A stretch of DNA of 63,998 bases, the filler included, from Basidioascus undulatus (lineage: Eukaryota), in the NCBI GenBank assembly GCA_000826855.1. It is 6 parts of 6 records of this genome, joined end to end, with 100 filler letters (N's around TTAATTAATTAA, not from the genome) between each part and the next. Parts side by side here need not be neighbours in the genome. Positions count along the whole stretch, not along the records: positions 1 to 27,724 come from JTLS01000157.1; 5 more parts are not named here. One strand, 5' to 3'. The notes beneath the pieces are model-generated. The model ran no database searches and was not told where the DNA came from. It was given only the letters and a program-made list of their open reading frames with translations. Below, piece after piece: positions 1 to 13,600 of the stretch (position 1 is its first letter; each line of letters opens with the position of its first letter). Position numbers and translations under genes: made by a program.

Positions 1-647
1 TGTACGCATCAAAGTCCCCCCAGATCGCCGTACTATCCATCGACGACCCCGGCAGCGGGACGGTTCTCCCTGGCACCGGCACCGCGGAGTTCGTCGTCTC
101 GTACACGGCAATCGTATACAAGCCTTTCAAAGGCGAGGTTGTCGACGGCCAGGTCAACACCGTCAACAAGATGGGGTTCTTCGCGGATGTCGGACCCTTG
201 ACCGTGTTCGTCAGTAGCCATGTGTGTCGCCTTTCCTCCACTTCTCTTTTGTCGGCTTGGGATAGGAAGAGTGGGAGAGTGGGGTCTGACAAGGGTGTGG
301 TTGGGGGCACGGCAGCTCATTCCACAAGATATGCGCTTCGACCCCAATTCCAACCCCCCGTCATTCACGTCCGAAGACCAAGTGCGTACCTTCCTCTTTC
401 CCTTTCCTCTCTTCCCTCCCTTTCTCACATCCCATCACAATCCCAACAGATAATCGAGAAAGGCTCGAAAGTCCGACTGAAGATCGTCGGTACACGCGTG
501 GACGCTACGGAGATTGTGCGTGCCCTCCTTCCCCTTCGTTGCTTCCTCCCGGCGACGTCGAGGAGGGATGGAGCTCATGTGCCCTGGGGTGGGGAACAGT
601 TCGCAATAGGAACGATTAAGGAGGACTACTTGGGCGTACTGGATTGA
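1..647 (+). CDS. RPB7: RNA polymerase II subunit Rpb7, 5'-partial, multi-exon
   Basis: Spliced peptides KPFKGEVVDGQVNTVNKMGFFADVGPLTVFVSSH / LIPQDMRFDPNSNPPSFTSEDQ / IIEKGSKVRLKIVGTRVDATEI / FAIGTIKEDYLGVLD*, joined by GT-AG introns. Confidence 0.95.
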   Translation, partial: YASKSPQIAVLSIDDPGSGTVLPGTGTAEFVVSYTAIVYKPFKGEVVDGQVNTVNKMGFFADVGPLTVFVSSHVCRLSSTSLLSAWDRKSGRVGSDKGVVGGTAAHSTRYALRPQFQPPVIHVRRPSAYLPLSLSSLPSLSHIPSQSQQIIEKGSKVRLKIVGTRVDATEIVRALLPLRCFLPATSRRDGAHVPWGGEQFAIGTIKEDYLGVLD

Positions 648-2235
648 GCGCGGGATGGTGGGGTCATGCGAGGGAGAAGGGCTTGGGTTGAACGTTGAAT
701 GGTCGGTGCGGGGGCTGTGGGGGCGGGGCGGCGGGGGCGCTGCGGTCGGCGCGAATTGCTTTACTTTATATCCAAGGGGCATGCAGACTATACAATAAGA
801 CGGTCTAGCTCTCAGTATCGGACGGTGGCGAGAATCAGGCGCGCGTGTGGCCGGCTGCAGGTGAATCCCAAAGACGTTCTGCTCCGCTATTACACGTTCG
901 GATGCAAAGCCATGCTTGCGGCTCCATGCCGTCCGGCCATCGATTCCCTGCCATAGGCGACGGGCTGTGAGCACCTATGGACGACAGACGACACGTCGAC
1001 GGTCGAGAGCGTCGCCAAAGCTCAAGTGCTGCGACCACTTGCTTGGGGAAAACCATCTGTTGGACCGTTACGCGAACTGCTCAAGCTGTACCCCTCCCAA
1101 TTGGTGCACTTGGAGCGTCGACAGCTATACTGCCACAATGGAAGACAACGACAGTCGGCAGCGCGGGCGCTGGCCGGCTCTTCAGAAACATTAGTCGTAC
1201 ATCAAACTATGTGGTAGAAATATACAGGGCCGTTCAATTATTGTTACCACGAGGTCCGCTGGGCCAGTGCTCAAACGCAGCTCTTGAACGAGGATCTTTC
1301 AGAAGCGGCCCACACCGAACTTCTCCGGAGACGCTTTACATAGTATGAGCCCTTCATAAAAACATGTGTAGGTAAATGCCTCAAAAGACGCTTCACTCTC
1401 AACTCTACAGCCTGCCATCGCCGTGGTCGCGCGGGATACAATCAAAGCTCTGCGCAATGCGTCGTTCGCCTAGAAGTACAAATTTAAGGAGATCCTGCCA
1501 AAATTAGTCCTTTTCGTAAAGATTGGATCGGAGGAACAGTGGGTGAAGGAACAAAGGACAAGACAAACCGACGAGGAGCACGAGCCCACGAGCGACGAAA
1601 TCCCCAGCAACGCCTTGCGTTCGGCAAAAACTTTAGGGTTATTTTGGAAGCAGGGAATTTCAGCGCTCGAAACCCGGCGAACGAACTTGGACGCACGGCG
1701 GGCGCCGAGGAAGACAGAGCCGCACAGGAACCAGAGGAATCCGATGCCGATGTAGGATAGGACGGTGATGAGCGGCTGGTACCACTCGGGGGGGACGAAG
1801 CCAGAAGTCTATGGCTGCGGTCGAGGACGAGATTGAGAGCGTGGTGAGGGAAGGGGACGCAGACTCGAACAACCGCCTCAGAGGAATGCGCGGACGACGA
1901 CCGGACCAGGGGAACACGAGTGCTGATGTCTTGATTATTTCCAAGTACCGTGTCTGCTTCCGGGGCTGTAAGGGAGCATGTCTTGTTTCACGCTGCGTCA
2001 AGCACAAGTTTTGGCAGCAGACAATGTAACCACTGCAGCCCGGTTCTTTTTCGTAAAAGTGAAGAGTCTTCCGCATGTTTTCCTTAACGAGTTAGCAGCG
2101 CGAGGGACCAGGCACACTCCAGAACGGATCGTATGTAGGGGTATCCATGCACCTCCAACCCCGCAAACCCGGGGCGGAGCACCAAAGCAAAGAAACAAAA
2201 TACAACCGTCGAAGCGAAGGAGAAAGAAGGTCTAA

Positions 2236-3642
2236 TCAGAACCGCTGCTTCATCCGCGCCCCGATGGTGCGGAGCGAGGCGGTGACCTTGCCCGGCGGCG
2301 AGCCGAGGATGAGCGAGACGACGGCGTCGCGCGCGATCTTGATGTTCTGGAAGGAGCCGAGGATGTGGATCTTGCTGAGTGCCGTTGGAAGCGCAGTCAG
2401 CCATCGGTCATAGGTATCTTAGTGTTATGAGTGTCTGGTGTTGGAAACGGGAGAAGAGAGGGAGGAGGCGGGGCCGGAGCGGGTAGACGGGTGGAGGAAG
2501 GAAAGGGAGAGGGAGCTAGAGGGAGGGAGGGAGAGGGTGGGAGAGGGAGGGAGAGAGGGTATGGGGGATATGCGATGGGAGGGAGATCATGAAGGGCAGA
2601 GGCGGAAGGATGGGAGGCAGGGAATGGGAAGGGAAGATGGGAAAGAGAGGAATGGAAAGCAACGAACGTATCGGCCAAGACAATGCGCGTCCGACTCGCG
2701 TTCTCGATCGTGAACTTTGTCTTGCCGTCCTTGCCGGCGATACGACCTTTTTCACAATTTTCCAGGTCAGCGGGTAGGCCAGGAAAAGCAGGGGTGCATG
2801 TGAAGGAGAGGGTTGGAGAAAAGAGGGAAGGGCACGAGGGCACGCACCGATCGCGCGCGACAAGTGGTCGCCGTGCAGGGTCTTGACGTCCTTGATCTCG
2901 AACGTGTCGAGGTAGAGGTCGTCCATCCGGAGGAGGGCGATCGCGTCCTGGTCTCCGCCAGTCACATCCCAATCAGCCAATGCCCACTTCGGAAAGAGAG
3001 GACAGCAGCGGAGAGGGTGGAGACTCACGTCCACCTCGAACCCCAGTGCATACGCCTTCACAAAGTCCGCGCCCTTCTGGAGCGCGCCCGTGTCTTCCGT
3101 GTACTTCGACGTCTGTCCTCCAAGTTCCCACAAATCAGCGAACAGGAGAATGAGAGGGAGGAGAGGAGGGGGAAAAGGACGCACCCGAATCTCCACCGCT
3201 CGCTTCACGACGTTCATCCGCACCTGCAGGCCGGCCATCTCAACCAGCGGGCCATAGATGTTTACCCAGTCCCGCTTAAGGGGCGCCATCCGGTGCGGGG
3301 GGATGTTGACCTCTGCAGCACCAGCACCACCAACACACCAACCCAACAGTCACCCTCCCGTCAGTTGCCCACGCCCCGGTGTCCCAGAGGAGGACGAGGA
3401 AACGCACTCCGCGTCTGCCCCTTCAAATCAACCTTGGCATTGTTCGTCGCCGGCGCGAACGTCGGCGCCCCCTCCCCCTCCTCAGCCCCATCCTCCTCCA
3501 TCGCTGCGTCTGCCTCGGGTGCTACGCGCGTGAGGACCGCGGACGGGTCGAGCATCACGTCGTCGTCCTCATCCGCAGAGGTGGCGGGTCGCGGGGGCGG
3601 GTGGGACGTGGACGGGCCGGGGGTGGCGGAGGTCGTGGACAT
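2236..3642 (-). CDS. PNO1: KH-domain pre-rRNA processing protein Pno1/Dim2, multi-exon
   Basis: IPPHRMAPLKRDWVNIYGPLVE, ALQKGADFVKAYALGF, DAIALLRMDDLYLDTFEIKDVKTLHGDHLSRAIG, RIAGKDGKTKFTIENASRTRIVLAD, KIHILGSFQNIKIARDAVVSLILGSPPGKV...MKQRF*. Confidence 0.95.
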
Positions 3643-4428
3643 GCTGGGTTATGTGCGGGCGAGTGGGGCTGGCCGTGTGTGTGTGCGAGGAGACTAGGTG
3701 GAATAAAGAAACGAGCGGTGAATAGAAGACGATGAGCGCTGAAGCGCAAGGGCAAGGGGGAAATTTGGGAAAGTGCCGAGCGTGGGAATTCGGCCCGATC
3801 TCTTCCTCAGTTCTCTCAACCTCACTACAGTGCCAAACTGTGACTAGCCGACTCTGGCTTCAGTGAGAAAGGAGAGCCAGGAGGTGGTGGAATTATTCCT
3901 GTGTCCGAAACCGCGGTTATGGTTCACTCGCATATCGGTGTCCGGCGCGGGGTTCCCCTCGGTGGCATTCTCCGCTTGGACTTTTAGAACTGTTAAGGCC
4001 AAGAGGTGAATGTAACAGGTGGAGCAGGTGCTTCAAGGTCAGAAATTTCCACTCTCAGCCAGGAAACAACTGAGAGAGGTGAAGAGAGATGCAGCGCACT
4101 GCCAGTGGCCGCCAGCCCAACACAACATACTTTGTCGGCGCATTGCTGGCTAGCGCATTAAAAGCTTACCTGACTTTTACAAGAGTAACAGCGGCACAAT
4201 CCCGGCTGAGAGTTCGCTTTATGCGGGGAGACGTTCATCGAGACGAATAGTGGAAGTCTTCATATCGCCGCTGTGTAAACCTGACTTCATGCAATAAGCA
4301 GACATCCAAATTACTGGATCACGGACCGTCTCGGAGTGCGACCACCCGAGACTAGGCTAGGACTCAAGTTTTTACGTATGCTGCTCTCCTTCCTGCTTCA
4401 TACGGTGAGATCTCTGGGACACTGTCTC

Positions 4429-5273
4429 TCACGGGAGGGGAGGAAGGGGGAGCAAGCGAGGGACCAAAGGATCGAAGCGAGGCGAGAGACGGAGAAGCGA
4501 GGACGACCGACGAACTTGTACGAACCCAAGACGAATTACCGCTTTTTTCAGTATGACGTATGTACCCAGCTGTAATACTCCGGTTCTGTCCCGGTATGTT
4601 CTGTTAATGTCAACCTTCAATAGAAACGCCAAGCTGAGGCCGCCCAATACGATCAGCATGAAATCTCGGTACATGTCCACTGCAATACATGGCTTAGTAC
4701 ACTTGCTTTTAAATGTAGCACATATGATTCTCTTGAACAACGCGACAATGAATACAGGACCATTGACACGCCAGTCCCTACAGCATTCAAAGCTCGATCC
4801 GCGACACGGAGCCTCCGTGAAGCGCGCGCTTTCGAAGTACACGTCGTTGATCAAAAAGTCCATCAACTTGAAGAACGAGCCTGTCGATTTATCCGACGTT
4901 TCAGTTTCAGTCCCAAACATGTGATAATTTGAACGTAAGAGGGAGCTCGAGGACGGTAACAAGGCGGTACGGGAGAGGAACGCACCAACAAGCACCACGC
5001 CGCACAGAGGCAAGAGGATCCCCAAAGATACCCATCTTTTCGCAAACGCTTCGTTAGGGGCTGCAGGTTGCAAAGAGATGAGCTTCAGCGCGTTCGAAAT
5101 GGTCGAGGGAGAGACAAACGGAAGAGTGCGGCGAGACCAAGGAAGACGAGCGTTCCGGCAGGAAGGAGGAAGACCACGCCAAAGACAAGCCCGACTGATC
5201 CCATAGCAATATAGTCCAGGGAATCTACCAACGGCTGGTACCACGCAGCTGGGATGAAGCCTTGGTAGCCCAT
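4429..5273 (-). CDS. Hypothetical multi-pass membrane protein; exon structure uncertain
   Basis: ATG at 5273 then hydrophobic runs (SVGLVFGVVFLLPAGTLVFLGLAALF; WVSLGILLPLCGVVLVGAFL; FMLIVLGGLSLAFLL) in two frames with a plausible intron between; no family recognised. Confidence 0.35.
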
Positions 5274-5433
5274 CGCTACCCAGCTTGACTGACCACAAAC
5301 TCGGCAGACCGTGCGCCGAGCACGCTCAACAGATAAAAGTCCCGGCTGTGCCGGCTTCTCCTTGCCTTTATCCCCTTACCTCACCAACCAAATCACTACT
5401 GAATTCCTCTTCAAACACAGCACTCCAGCCAGT

Positions 5434-5951
5434 ATGGTCCGCCTCGCAGTCTCCGCGATCCTCCTCGCTGCGTTCTCCGGCGGTGAGCGGTTCCTTCTTT
5501 GCCCGCAACTCGTCCGAGCGTCCACTTTGAATTCTCATTTAATGATGCGGTATGGTATAGCAGCCCTCGCCACCCCTGAGCGCATGCATCGCGTCCAAGT
5601 CCGCCAGAGCAACGACCCGAACGATCCGTGTCTGATGGCGATCTATGACATCGCGACGCTGCTCGATTTCCGCGCAGCGCAGACTCAGACTCAGACGCCG
5701 GACGTGTACGAAAATCCCGATGCAATCCCACCTACAATGTTTGTCCTCCGCTCATGTTGTCGAGACGCGGATGAATGACCTGGTTGGGCGAGGGATGAAC
5801 AGACGAGTGGGTCCGCAAGCTCGATGGGTACTGCGAGGCCGGCGTGGAGAAGTGCGCCAAGGGCTTTGTCCGCCAGTGGCCCGAGTGCTTCAAGCCGGGC
5901 GCCGAGGAGGCCGCCGGAAAGGATGGCGAGACGGCGAAGTCTGAGGCCTAG
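5434..5951 (+). CDS. Small secreted Cys-containing protein, 3 exons
   Basis: Signal peptide MVRLAVSAILLAAFSG, gtgagc...tag intron, ...RQSNDPNDPCLMAIYDIATLLDF..., second intron, DEWVRKLDGYCEAGVEKCAKGFVRQWPECFKPG...SEA*. Confidence 0.65.
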
Positions 5952-7651
5952 TGGGTTGGGGGGAACGCCATACGCATCCGAGTATTGATGATTGAAAATT
6001 GCCATTGAAAGCTGCTCGAATACACGCTGTGCCGTTTGGGCCGCCGAGAGCCTCATGAATTACTTCAGATCCTCGCGCTTCACCTGGGAAAAGCAAACGG
6101 TCGGAGATCAGAGCTTGCATATGCGCTCAGGTATGCAGGTCGTCAGAGGTCAACGAGGCAACTAACAGCCGGCTGCCCAGACGTTAGGAGGAGTAAGTTT
6201 CTCGACTGCGGCGCCTGTTGTCCAAAAATCCTTCGGAATGGACAGATTGATATGCTCTGAAAAATGCTGCTTCGCCAGATGGCGGCTGAGACAGGTCCAA
6301 GAGCGTTTGCCACCTTAACACGAATGTGGTGTCGAACCGGAGACTACGTCTACGTTCGCATAACGAATGGGGCGGGTTGGGGTTGTTGGGGGATTTAGAA
6401 GACCCTGCGCCTATTTTGGTGTTAATTAGGACACTGAGGCAGAAGCTACGGTGTTAGGGCTGTAGGGGGGTTGAACAATGTGTGAGGGCCTTGCGAGGTC
6501 GCTTCGTTGGGACTTGGGAGGGAAATGACTAGTCGTTGGAAAGCGTTGGCAACGACGACTCCAAGGGATAGAAATTGGCAACTGTTCAACTTTACTTTCT
6601 AATTACATGCACGGCGACTGAGCGAGTTCACGACCAGTATATGCCAGTGCAAGAGGGCACTGTGGCAAGGGAACAGCGCATACGCACGCCCCAGGAGTGA
6701 GTCCTTTACGGAAGGACTTTATCAGCTTCCGGGGTGGCTGAGCCCTTCTTAATTTACCAATGAAAGAGGTATACAGGCCCAGTGCCAATTGGTGTGCGCT
6801 CAACGAAACATCCGAAACGATCGCCAGTCCGACAGCCTGAGCTTACAGCCCGCTTCAAGGATATCTCTCCTCTTTGTGCAAGCCCCGGAATAGTGGCCTC
6901 TGGGGAGGGATTAACAGGACATTGCATGAGTCCGTTTCACAAAAAATGAGGGAGACTGCAAACAAGTTTCAACTCTACAAAGCGCCGCCAACCTTGCCCA
7001 ACCGGAACCGGAGCCGACGCGCCCGACGCCCGCCCGCGCGACAGCCGGCTGCGCGTCGGACTCGCCAGCCAGCGCGGGCGTTCCAACCGTCGCTGGTCTC
7101 ATCGCGTGTCGCTTCGACCTCATCCTCCTGACCTCAACCATCATCTCGGCGGGTCCAGAGCTTATCGGGCATTCGCCACTCACTCTCAACAGCTTACTTT
7201 ATTTCGAGGCGGATTATCCTGCTCGACCAGTCTACCGCACGCGACTTACCTTATCGTTGAGCGAGCGATAGCGTTCCGCCGGCTTGACTGAAGGCTTAGA
7301 GGCTATATGTGAGTCGTGCGTTGGGGGTATAGATGTGGTCCAGGAGTGGTGTGACCTGGAAGACTGCGAACTGGCTGTTGTAGGCGCGAGGCTGGCGGTC
7401 GCTGAGCTGGAAGGTCCAGAGATGAGAGTGCGATGCGGATCTCGCTTCGCCTGCACGCAGCGGATGGGAATATCTCCTCATGGGCATGCTATTAGCGCCC
7501 TAGTGGTGCATTTGCCTGTGTAACACCGTGCGAGCGGATCTGGCCAGCCTCCGCACCGCAGCCGCATCTTACCCTTCGCCTTCGCCCGTACCTGCCTTCT
7601 CCGCTCCTACTGACCACCACCCATCCTCTCTCACCGCCCAGCCCGCCCACC

Positions 7652-10600
7652 ATGCACATATCCGACCGACCCCGACCTCCCTTCCTGCTTCTCCTCGCTC
7701 TCTCCCTCCACGCGCTCCTCGTCCGCGCGGACGGGCCGCAGGTGTCCACCAACCTCTTTGCGAACCGGCCGAGCAAGATCTCCTACTTCGAGGATACGAC
7801 TGTGGGTGTCCAATTGGAGGGGAAAATGGGGGAGGGATGGGAAGCTGATCGTGTTGTGGTGGGGTGTGTGGATGGGGGGGAGGACACAGGTCGTCTTCTT
7901 CCATGATGTGGACGCGCAGGACGTGTACTGGTCTAGCAACGAGGGAAAGAGCTGGGGCCTCGTCGACGGCGTTCCCCGGGGCGAGGCCAGGCTGCTGATT
8001 CTGCATCCTCATAACAACCGAATGGTGCGTTCCCTCCATCCTCCTCCCTCTCCTCGGAGCCCCTCCTTCTCCTTCCCCTCTGCCTCCCCTCGCCTCTGCG
8101 TCTCGTCAGGAGTAAGATACTAAGCCAAAGGGTGTGCACCGCAGGCCTTCATCCTAACCGACTCAACGAAGCATTACCGCACGGCGAACCGGGGCGAGAC
8201 GTGGCAGTCGTTCGAGACGCCGCACCCGCCCGCGCCGGGGTCCGACGCGCTCGCATTCAACAAGCGCGAGCCCGAGTGGATCATCTACCAGGGGCGCGTG
8301 TGCAAGAACGTCGGGTGGGGCGGGTGGCTGGGGAAGAGCTGTACGGGGGAGGTGGGTGCCCTCTTTCTTCCCCTTCCCCCTTCTCCATCTTTCCTTCTGC
8401 CTTCCTTTTTTGGAGGACAAGGGAGCTCATGGGTGGATGATGACAGTCCTACTACACCCGCGACGCCTTCGCCTCATCGCCCTCTCTCCTCCTGCGTCAC
8501 ACCCAAAAATGCCTCTTCTCCCCGACCTCCTCCTCCCCTTCCACGCGCCTGTGGTGTATTGCCTACTCCCCCACGCCGGATACTTCCGCGTCCTCCCGCA
8601 TTCGCTCCCTCGAGCCGCGGCAGCGCCTCGCCGACGCGCGCCTCTACGCGTCCGACGACTTCTTTGACAAGGAGAAGAAGTTTGTCGACCTCGGCATTGG
8701 GCGCGAGGCGCGCGGGGTGGTCAATATGGGGGCGGTCGGGCGATATGTCGTCTTGGCCCTGAAGGAGCCGGGATGGGGTGAGGAGGACGAGATGCAGATG
8801 TTTGTGACGGTCGATGGGGAGGTGTGGCATCGCGCGGTTGTGCCGCATGGGCATCAGGTGCGTTGGCTTTCGGTCCGAGATCAATGTCGGCGTCCTGTTG
8901 GTGTCGGTGTCGGTGTCGTCGTTGGGCTCGGGTCGGGGTCGGGCTGGGGGGATGGGAGGAGGAAGGGGAGGAAGGGAGAAAGAGGAGGAAGCTTATAGAG
9001 GGTGGGAGGGATAGTTGAAGGAGAACGCGTATACGATTTTGGAGGCTACCGGGCATAGCCTGCTCGTTGACGTGCTTAGCCACCCGGAGAGTGATATTGG
9101 GACGCTTTTCACTTCGAACGTGGGTCTTCCTTTTCACTTTTCGAAGACGGATTGGGTGAGAAGGGAAGGAAGGCAAGCGAGCTGATTCGCGGTGGGATGG
9201 GGGTAACAGAGCAACGGCACGTACTTCCGCGAGAGCCTGCGCGATACGGATCGGAACTCGAGGGGCATTGTGGCGTTTGAAGAACGTGCGTGGGGTTCCT
9301 TGTTCTTGCGCTCGTTCATCTCCCCATCTCTTCCGCTGCCCCTCTCCCTTACCACCACCTCACTACCCTTCGTCTTGCACTCTCCATTTCCTCCCCTTCG
9401 CACCACCGATCGTTCTCTCTCTCCCCCCCCCCGCTGACCCGCTCCCCCGCCCCCGGCCCACAGTCGAGGCAGTCCAAGGCGTCGCGATCGCGAACGTCGT
9501 GCGCAACGTCGACGACGTCAAGTCGGGCGACGCCAAGCGCGTGCGCTCGCTCGGCACGTGGGACGACGGCGCGACGTGGCGCCCGCTCAAGGCGCCCTCG
9601 CGCGACGCGGAGGGCAAGGACATCGGGTGCGATGTGTCGGACACGGTGCGTCCCTTCCTTCTCTCTTCCTCGCAGGAAACTTGCTAATTGATAGGTCGTT
9701 GGGAACAGGACAAGTGCTCGCTCCACCTCCACTCCGTCGCGCACCCGCACAACGTCGGCCGCGCGTTCTCCTCCCCCGCGCCCGGGCTCGTGATGGGCGT
9801 CGGCTCCGTCGGCGCGCACCTCCTCGACTACGAGGACTGCGACACGTTTCTCAGCACCGACGCTGGGCTGACGTGGTCCATGGTCCAGAAGGAGGCGCAC
9901 ATGCATGAGTTTGGGGATCAGGGGAGCGGTGAGTCGTGGAGAGGGTGAAATGGACAGGGGGATGGGAAGCTGATACGGGGAACAGTGCTTGTTATTGTGG
10001 AGAATGAGGATTATACGGACCACGTGCATTACTCGTATGACATGGGCAAAAGCTGGTGCGTTTCCCCCTTCCTCCCTTCTTGTTCCTTCTGACCTCCTCT
10101 ATCGGCAACCCGCAGGAACAAGCTCGACCTGCACGTCAAGATCCGCGCGGGCGCGCTGACGACGATCCCGGACTCGACCTCGCAAAAGTTCGTGCTCGTT
10201 GGCAGCCTGCCGAGGCGGGACCAGACGTCCGACAACCGCTTCGCCGTCGTCCACCTCGACTTTGCGCCCGACCGCACGGACAACAAGTGTGGGGACAACG
10301 ACTTTGAAAAGTGGTGGGTTAAGGCGCCGAGCGGGGATGCGTGCTTGATGGGGCATCAGGTGAGTTGGTCTTGCGAGGAGGGAGACGGAGTGGGGATGGG
10401 AAGTTGACGTGGGGCGGGGACGGACAGCAATGGTTCAAGCGCAGGAAGAGGGCCGTTACGTGTTTTGTTGGCGATAAGTTTAACGAGCCGGAGGGTGAGT
10501 ACTGCAGCGGTAGAGCCGGTTGCGAAGGGGAGGTGTTGATGCGGAGGTGGGGAGCAGGCAAAGCTGAGCAGTGCGCTTGTTCGGAGGCCGACTACGAGTG

Positions 10601-13600
10601 GTACGTTCCCTCTGTTCTCGGCGTCCCTTCACCCAGCCCTTCGCCCACGTTTTCATAACCTCCAACTCCCCTGCTTCCGAGTTCCAACTCATCCCGCCCC
10701 CCTTCCTCTCCACAGCGACTACAACTTCGTTCGCGAAGGCGACAAGTGTATCCCCGCGCGGCCCGAGCCGATTCCCGCGGGCGCGTGTCCAGGCAAGAGC
10801 AAGGACGAGACGTTCCTCGGCTCGTCCGGGTACCGCAAGATCCCCGGCAACACGTGCGACCCCGCGCGCGGCATCCGCCTCGACGAGCCGGTCAAGAAGC
10901 CGTGCGAGGCGGGCGCACCCCCCGCGGGGCAGGTGTCGCATCAGCGGGTGAGTCGTGCAACGGGCGAGGGGAGGAGGACGCGGGTGCTGATACGGGGTGG
11001 GGGATGGACAGTTCGACTTCCCTGCGCCGCTTGTGCAGAGCCAGTACTTCCAGACGGCGCATGTACGTTCCGGGCGGGAGCGAGCTGAGCTAGGACCGAT
11101 GGTGCTGGGAACTGATGCGCTGCTCACCGTGCAGACTGTTCTCGTCCTTCTAGACGATGGGACGGTGTGGCAGTCGAGCAACGAGGGTAAGCCCGAGGGT
11201 CTGATGAGGCTGCGCACGCGCATGGCTGACTGCATTGCGTACGGGCGCTCGTAGGGTACACGTGGAATCAACTCTTCAAGGGCGAGCAGCTCCTCGCGCT
11301 CCAGATGCATGACTATGCGCCGGATCGCGCGTACGTCGTCACCGCTGACAAGCGCGTGTTCTACACGGTGCGTCGGGTCTCGCTTTCCTTCCCCTTTGGG
11401 CTGCCCCTCCCTGTCTGGTGAAGCATCGACTGACAGAATGGGACGAGCAGGACGACGCGGGCCAGAACTGGCGCAAGTTCGAGGCGCCGCTCGAGGCGAA
11501 CGGACTCGGCATCGCCGCTCTCGACTTCCACCCTACTCGCCCCGAGTGGCTCATCTGGACTGGCAGCAAGGACTGCATCTCGCACATGGGCAGCGAGTGC
11601 CACGCGGTAGCGTACTACACGAAGGGTGCGGCGTTCCGTGTCTGGATTAAACGAAGGGTCAATGCTGATGCTAACGCGTGCGCTGACGGGAAAATAGACA
11701 ACGGCCGGAGCTGGCATGAAATCGACTCGTACGTGCGGAAGTGCACGTGGGCGCGCGACAAGGACTTGAAGGTCGCCGAGGACCTCATCTACTGCGAGTC
11801 GTACCGGGACAAGAAGGGCTTGCAGCGCGCCACGGACGGGAACCCGCGCCAGTTCATTGCCGGCAAGAAGTTCTACAGCGAGAAGATCAAGCTGTTTGAC
11901 AACATCGAAGATTTCACGTACGTTCGTTGCGGGGATGCGAGGCGGCTCTGGGAACTGACAGACAGAGGAGCGGATGGGCAGCACGTTCGAGAACTACGTC
12001 GTCGTGGCTGAGATTGTGGGGTCGTTGCTCGCCCTGCGTGTTTCCGTCGACGGCCTCAACTTTGCGACCGCCCAGTTCCCGCCGAACTTCCAGCTCGAGA
12101 ATATGGTGCGTTGCGAGATTTTTTCTTCTTCAGGCGGGCAAGGCTGAGACGTGTTTTATCGCCGGGCACGCAGGCCTACACCATCCTCGAATCCACCACC
12201 GGCTCCATCTTCCTTCACCTAACGACGCACTCGACGCGCGGTTCAGAGTGGGGCGCGCTCCTCAAGTCCAACTCGAACGGGACGTTCTACAGCCTCTCGC
12301 TCGAGCACGTCAACCGCAACGACAAGGGCTACGTCGACTTTGAGAAGATGCTCGGCCTCGATGGCGTCGCGCTCATGAACATCGTCTCTAACCCCGACTC
12401 GGCGAGCGTCACGGGCAAGAAGGAGCTCCAGACGAAGATCACGCACAACGACGGTGAGCGCGGTTCGGAGCCTGCCGATGAGGAAGAGGACAAGAAGTGG
12501 AGATGCTGAGCTGAGGATCGGATGAATCGCAGGTGGTACTTGGAAGTACATAGTTCCTCCGGCTAGGGACTCGCTGGGCGATCGGTACAGCTGCGACAGC
12601 ACGGTGCGTCGATACGGCTTCTGCTTCTCCGCTCGACCTGCATGACTGACTTCCCTCTCCCTTTTTCTGGCAGTCCTGCGCGCTTCATCTTCATGGCTGT
12701 AAGTGAATGCTGGACTGTGTGGTTCGCCGAGGCTCATGCTGTACTTGCCCGGCAGACACCGAGCGGCGCGACCCGCGCGCAACGTTCAGCAGCCCGTCGG
12801 CTGTCGGTTCGTCGTGCCCTTTCGCCTGGGCTACGCGGCGTGCTACTGACAGGATTGACGCTACACAGGTTTGATGCTCGCTGTCGGCAACGTCGGGGAG
12901 AACTTAGCGTCGTACACGGACTCCGACACGTTCTTCACTCGTGACGGCGGGTTTACCTGGCAAGAAGTGCACAAGGTCCGTAGAGACGTGTTCTCCGCCT
13001 CAACCCTTATGCGCATCGCTGAGACTTGGGATGTATAGGACGCCCATCTCTTCGAGTTCGGCGACCAGGGCTCGATCATCGTCCTCGCCAACGACGAGGA
13101 GCCGACCGACCACGTGCTCTACTCGCGCAACGAGGGCTTGTCTTGGGAGACCTACTCCTGGGGCGAGCGCATCCGCGTCACGAGCATCCAGACTGTCCCG
13201 CTCGACACGAGCCGCCGCTTCATCGTCTTCGGGACGAGGCCGACCGGTGCGGACGCTGTCGCAATCCATCTCGACTTCACCGGGCTGACGAACCGGAAGT
13301 GTGAGTGCCTTGTTGCGGGACGCGTTGAGTTTATGTGCACGGACGCTGACTTACAGTTCATCTCGCAGGTGTTCTCAAGCTCGACGACCAGTACGTTCAG
13401 CTCATGGCTGTTCCCGGGGCGTATGCTTATCTCGGCGGCCGACAGGAACAACGACGACTTCGAGCTGTGGAGCCCGAGTGAGGAGCGCGAGGAGCGTTGT
13501 CTGTTTGGCCACCAGGTACGTGGGCGTGCGACTATACAAGTCAGGCGGACGCTTACGGGGCATCTACTAGGCTCTCTACCACCGCCGCATCCGCGACGCC

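Noticed and set aside
900..2076. Weak LRR-like peptides on the minus strand (LFESASPSLTTLSIS)
   Set aside because: Single weak match amid many stops
2813..3697. 294-aa plus-strand ORF and similar long ORFs opposite VPS10 and ADO1
   Set aside because: Antisense shadows of GC-rich real genes
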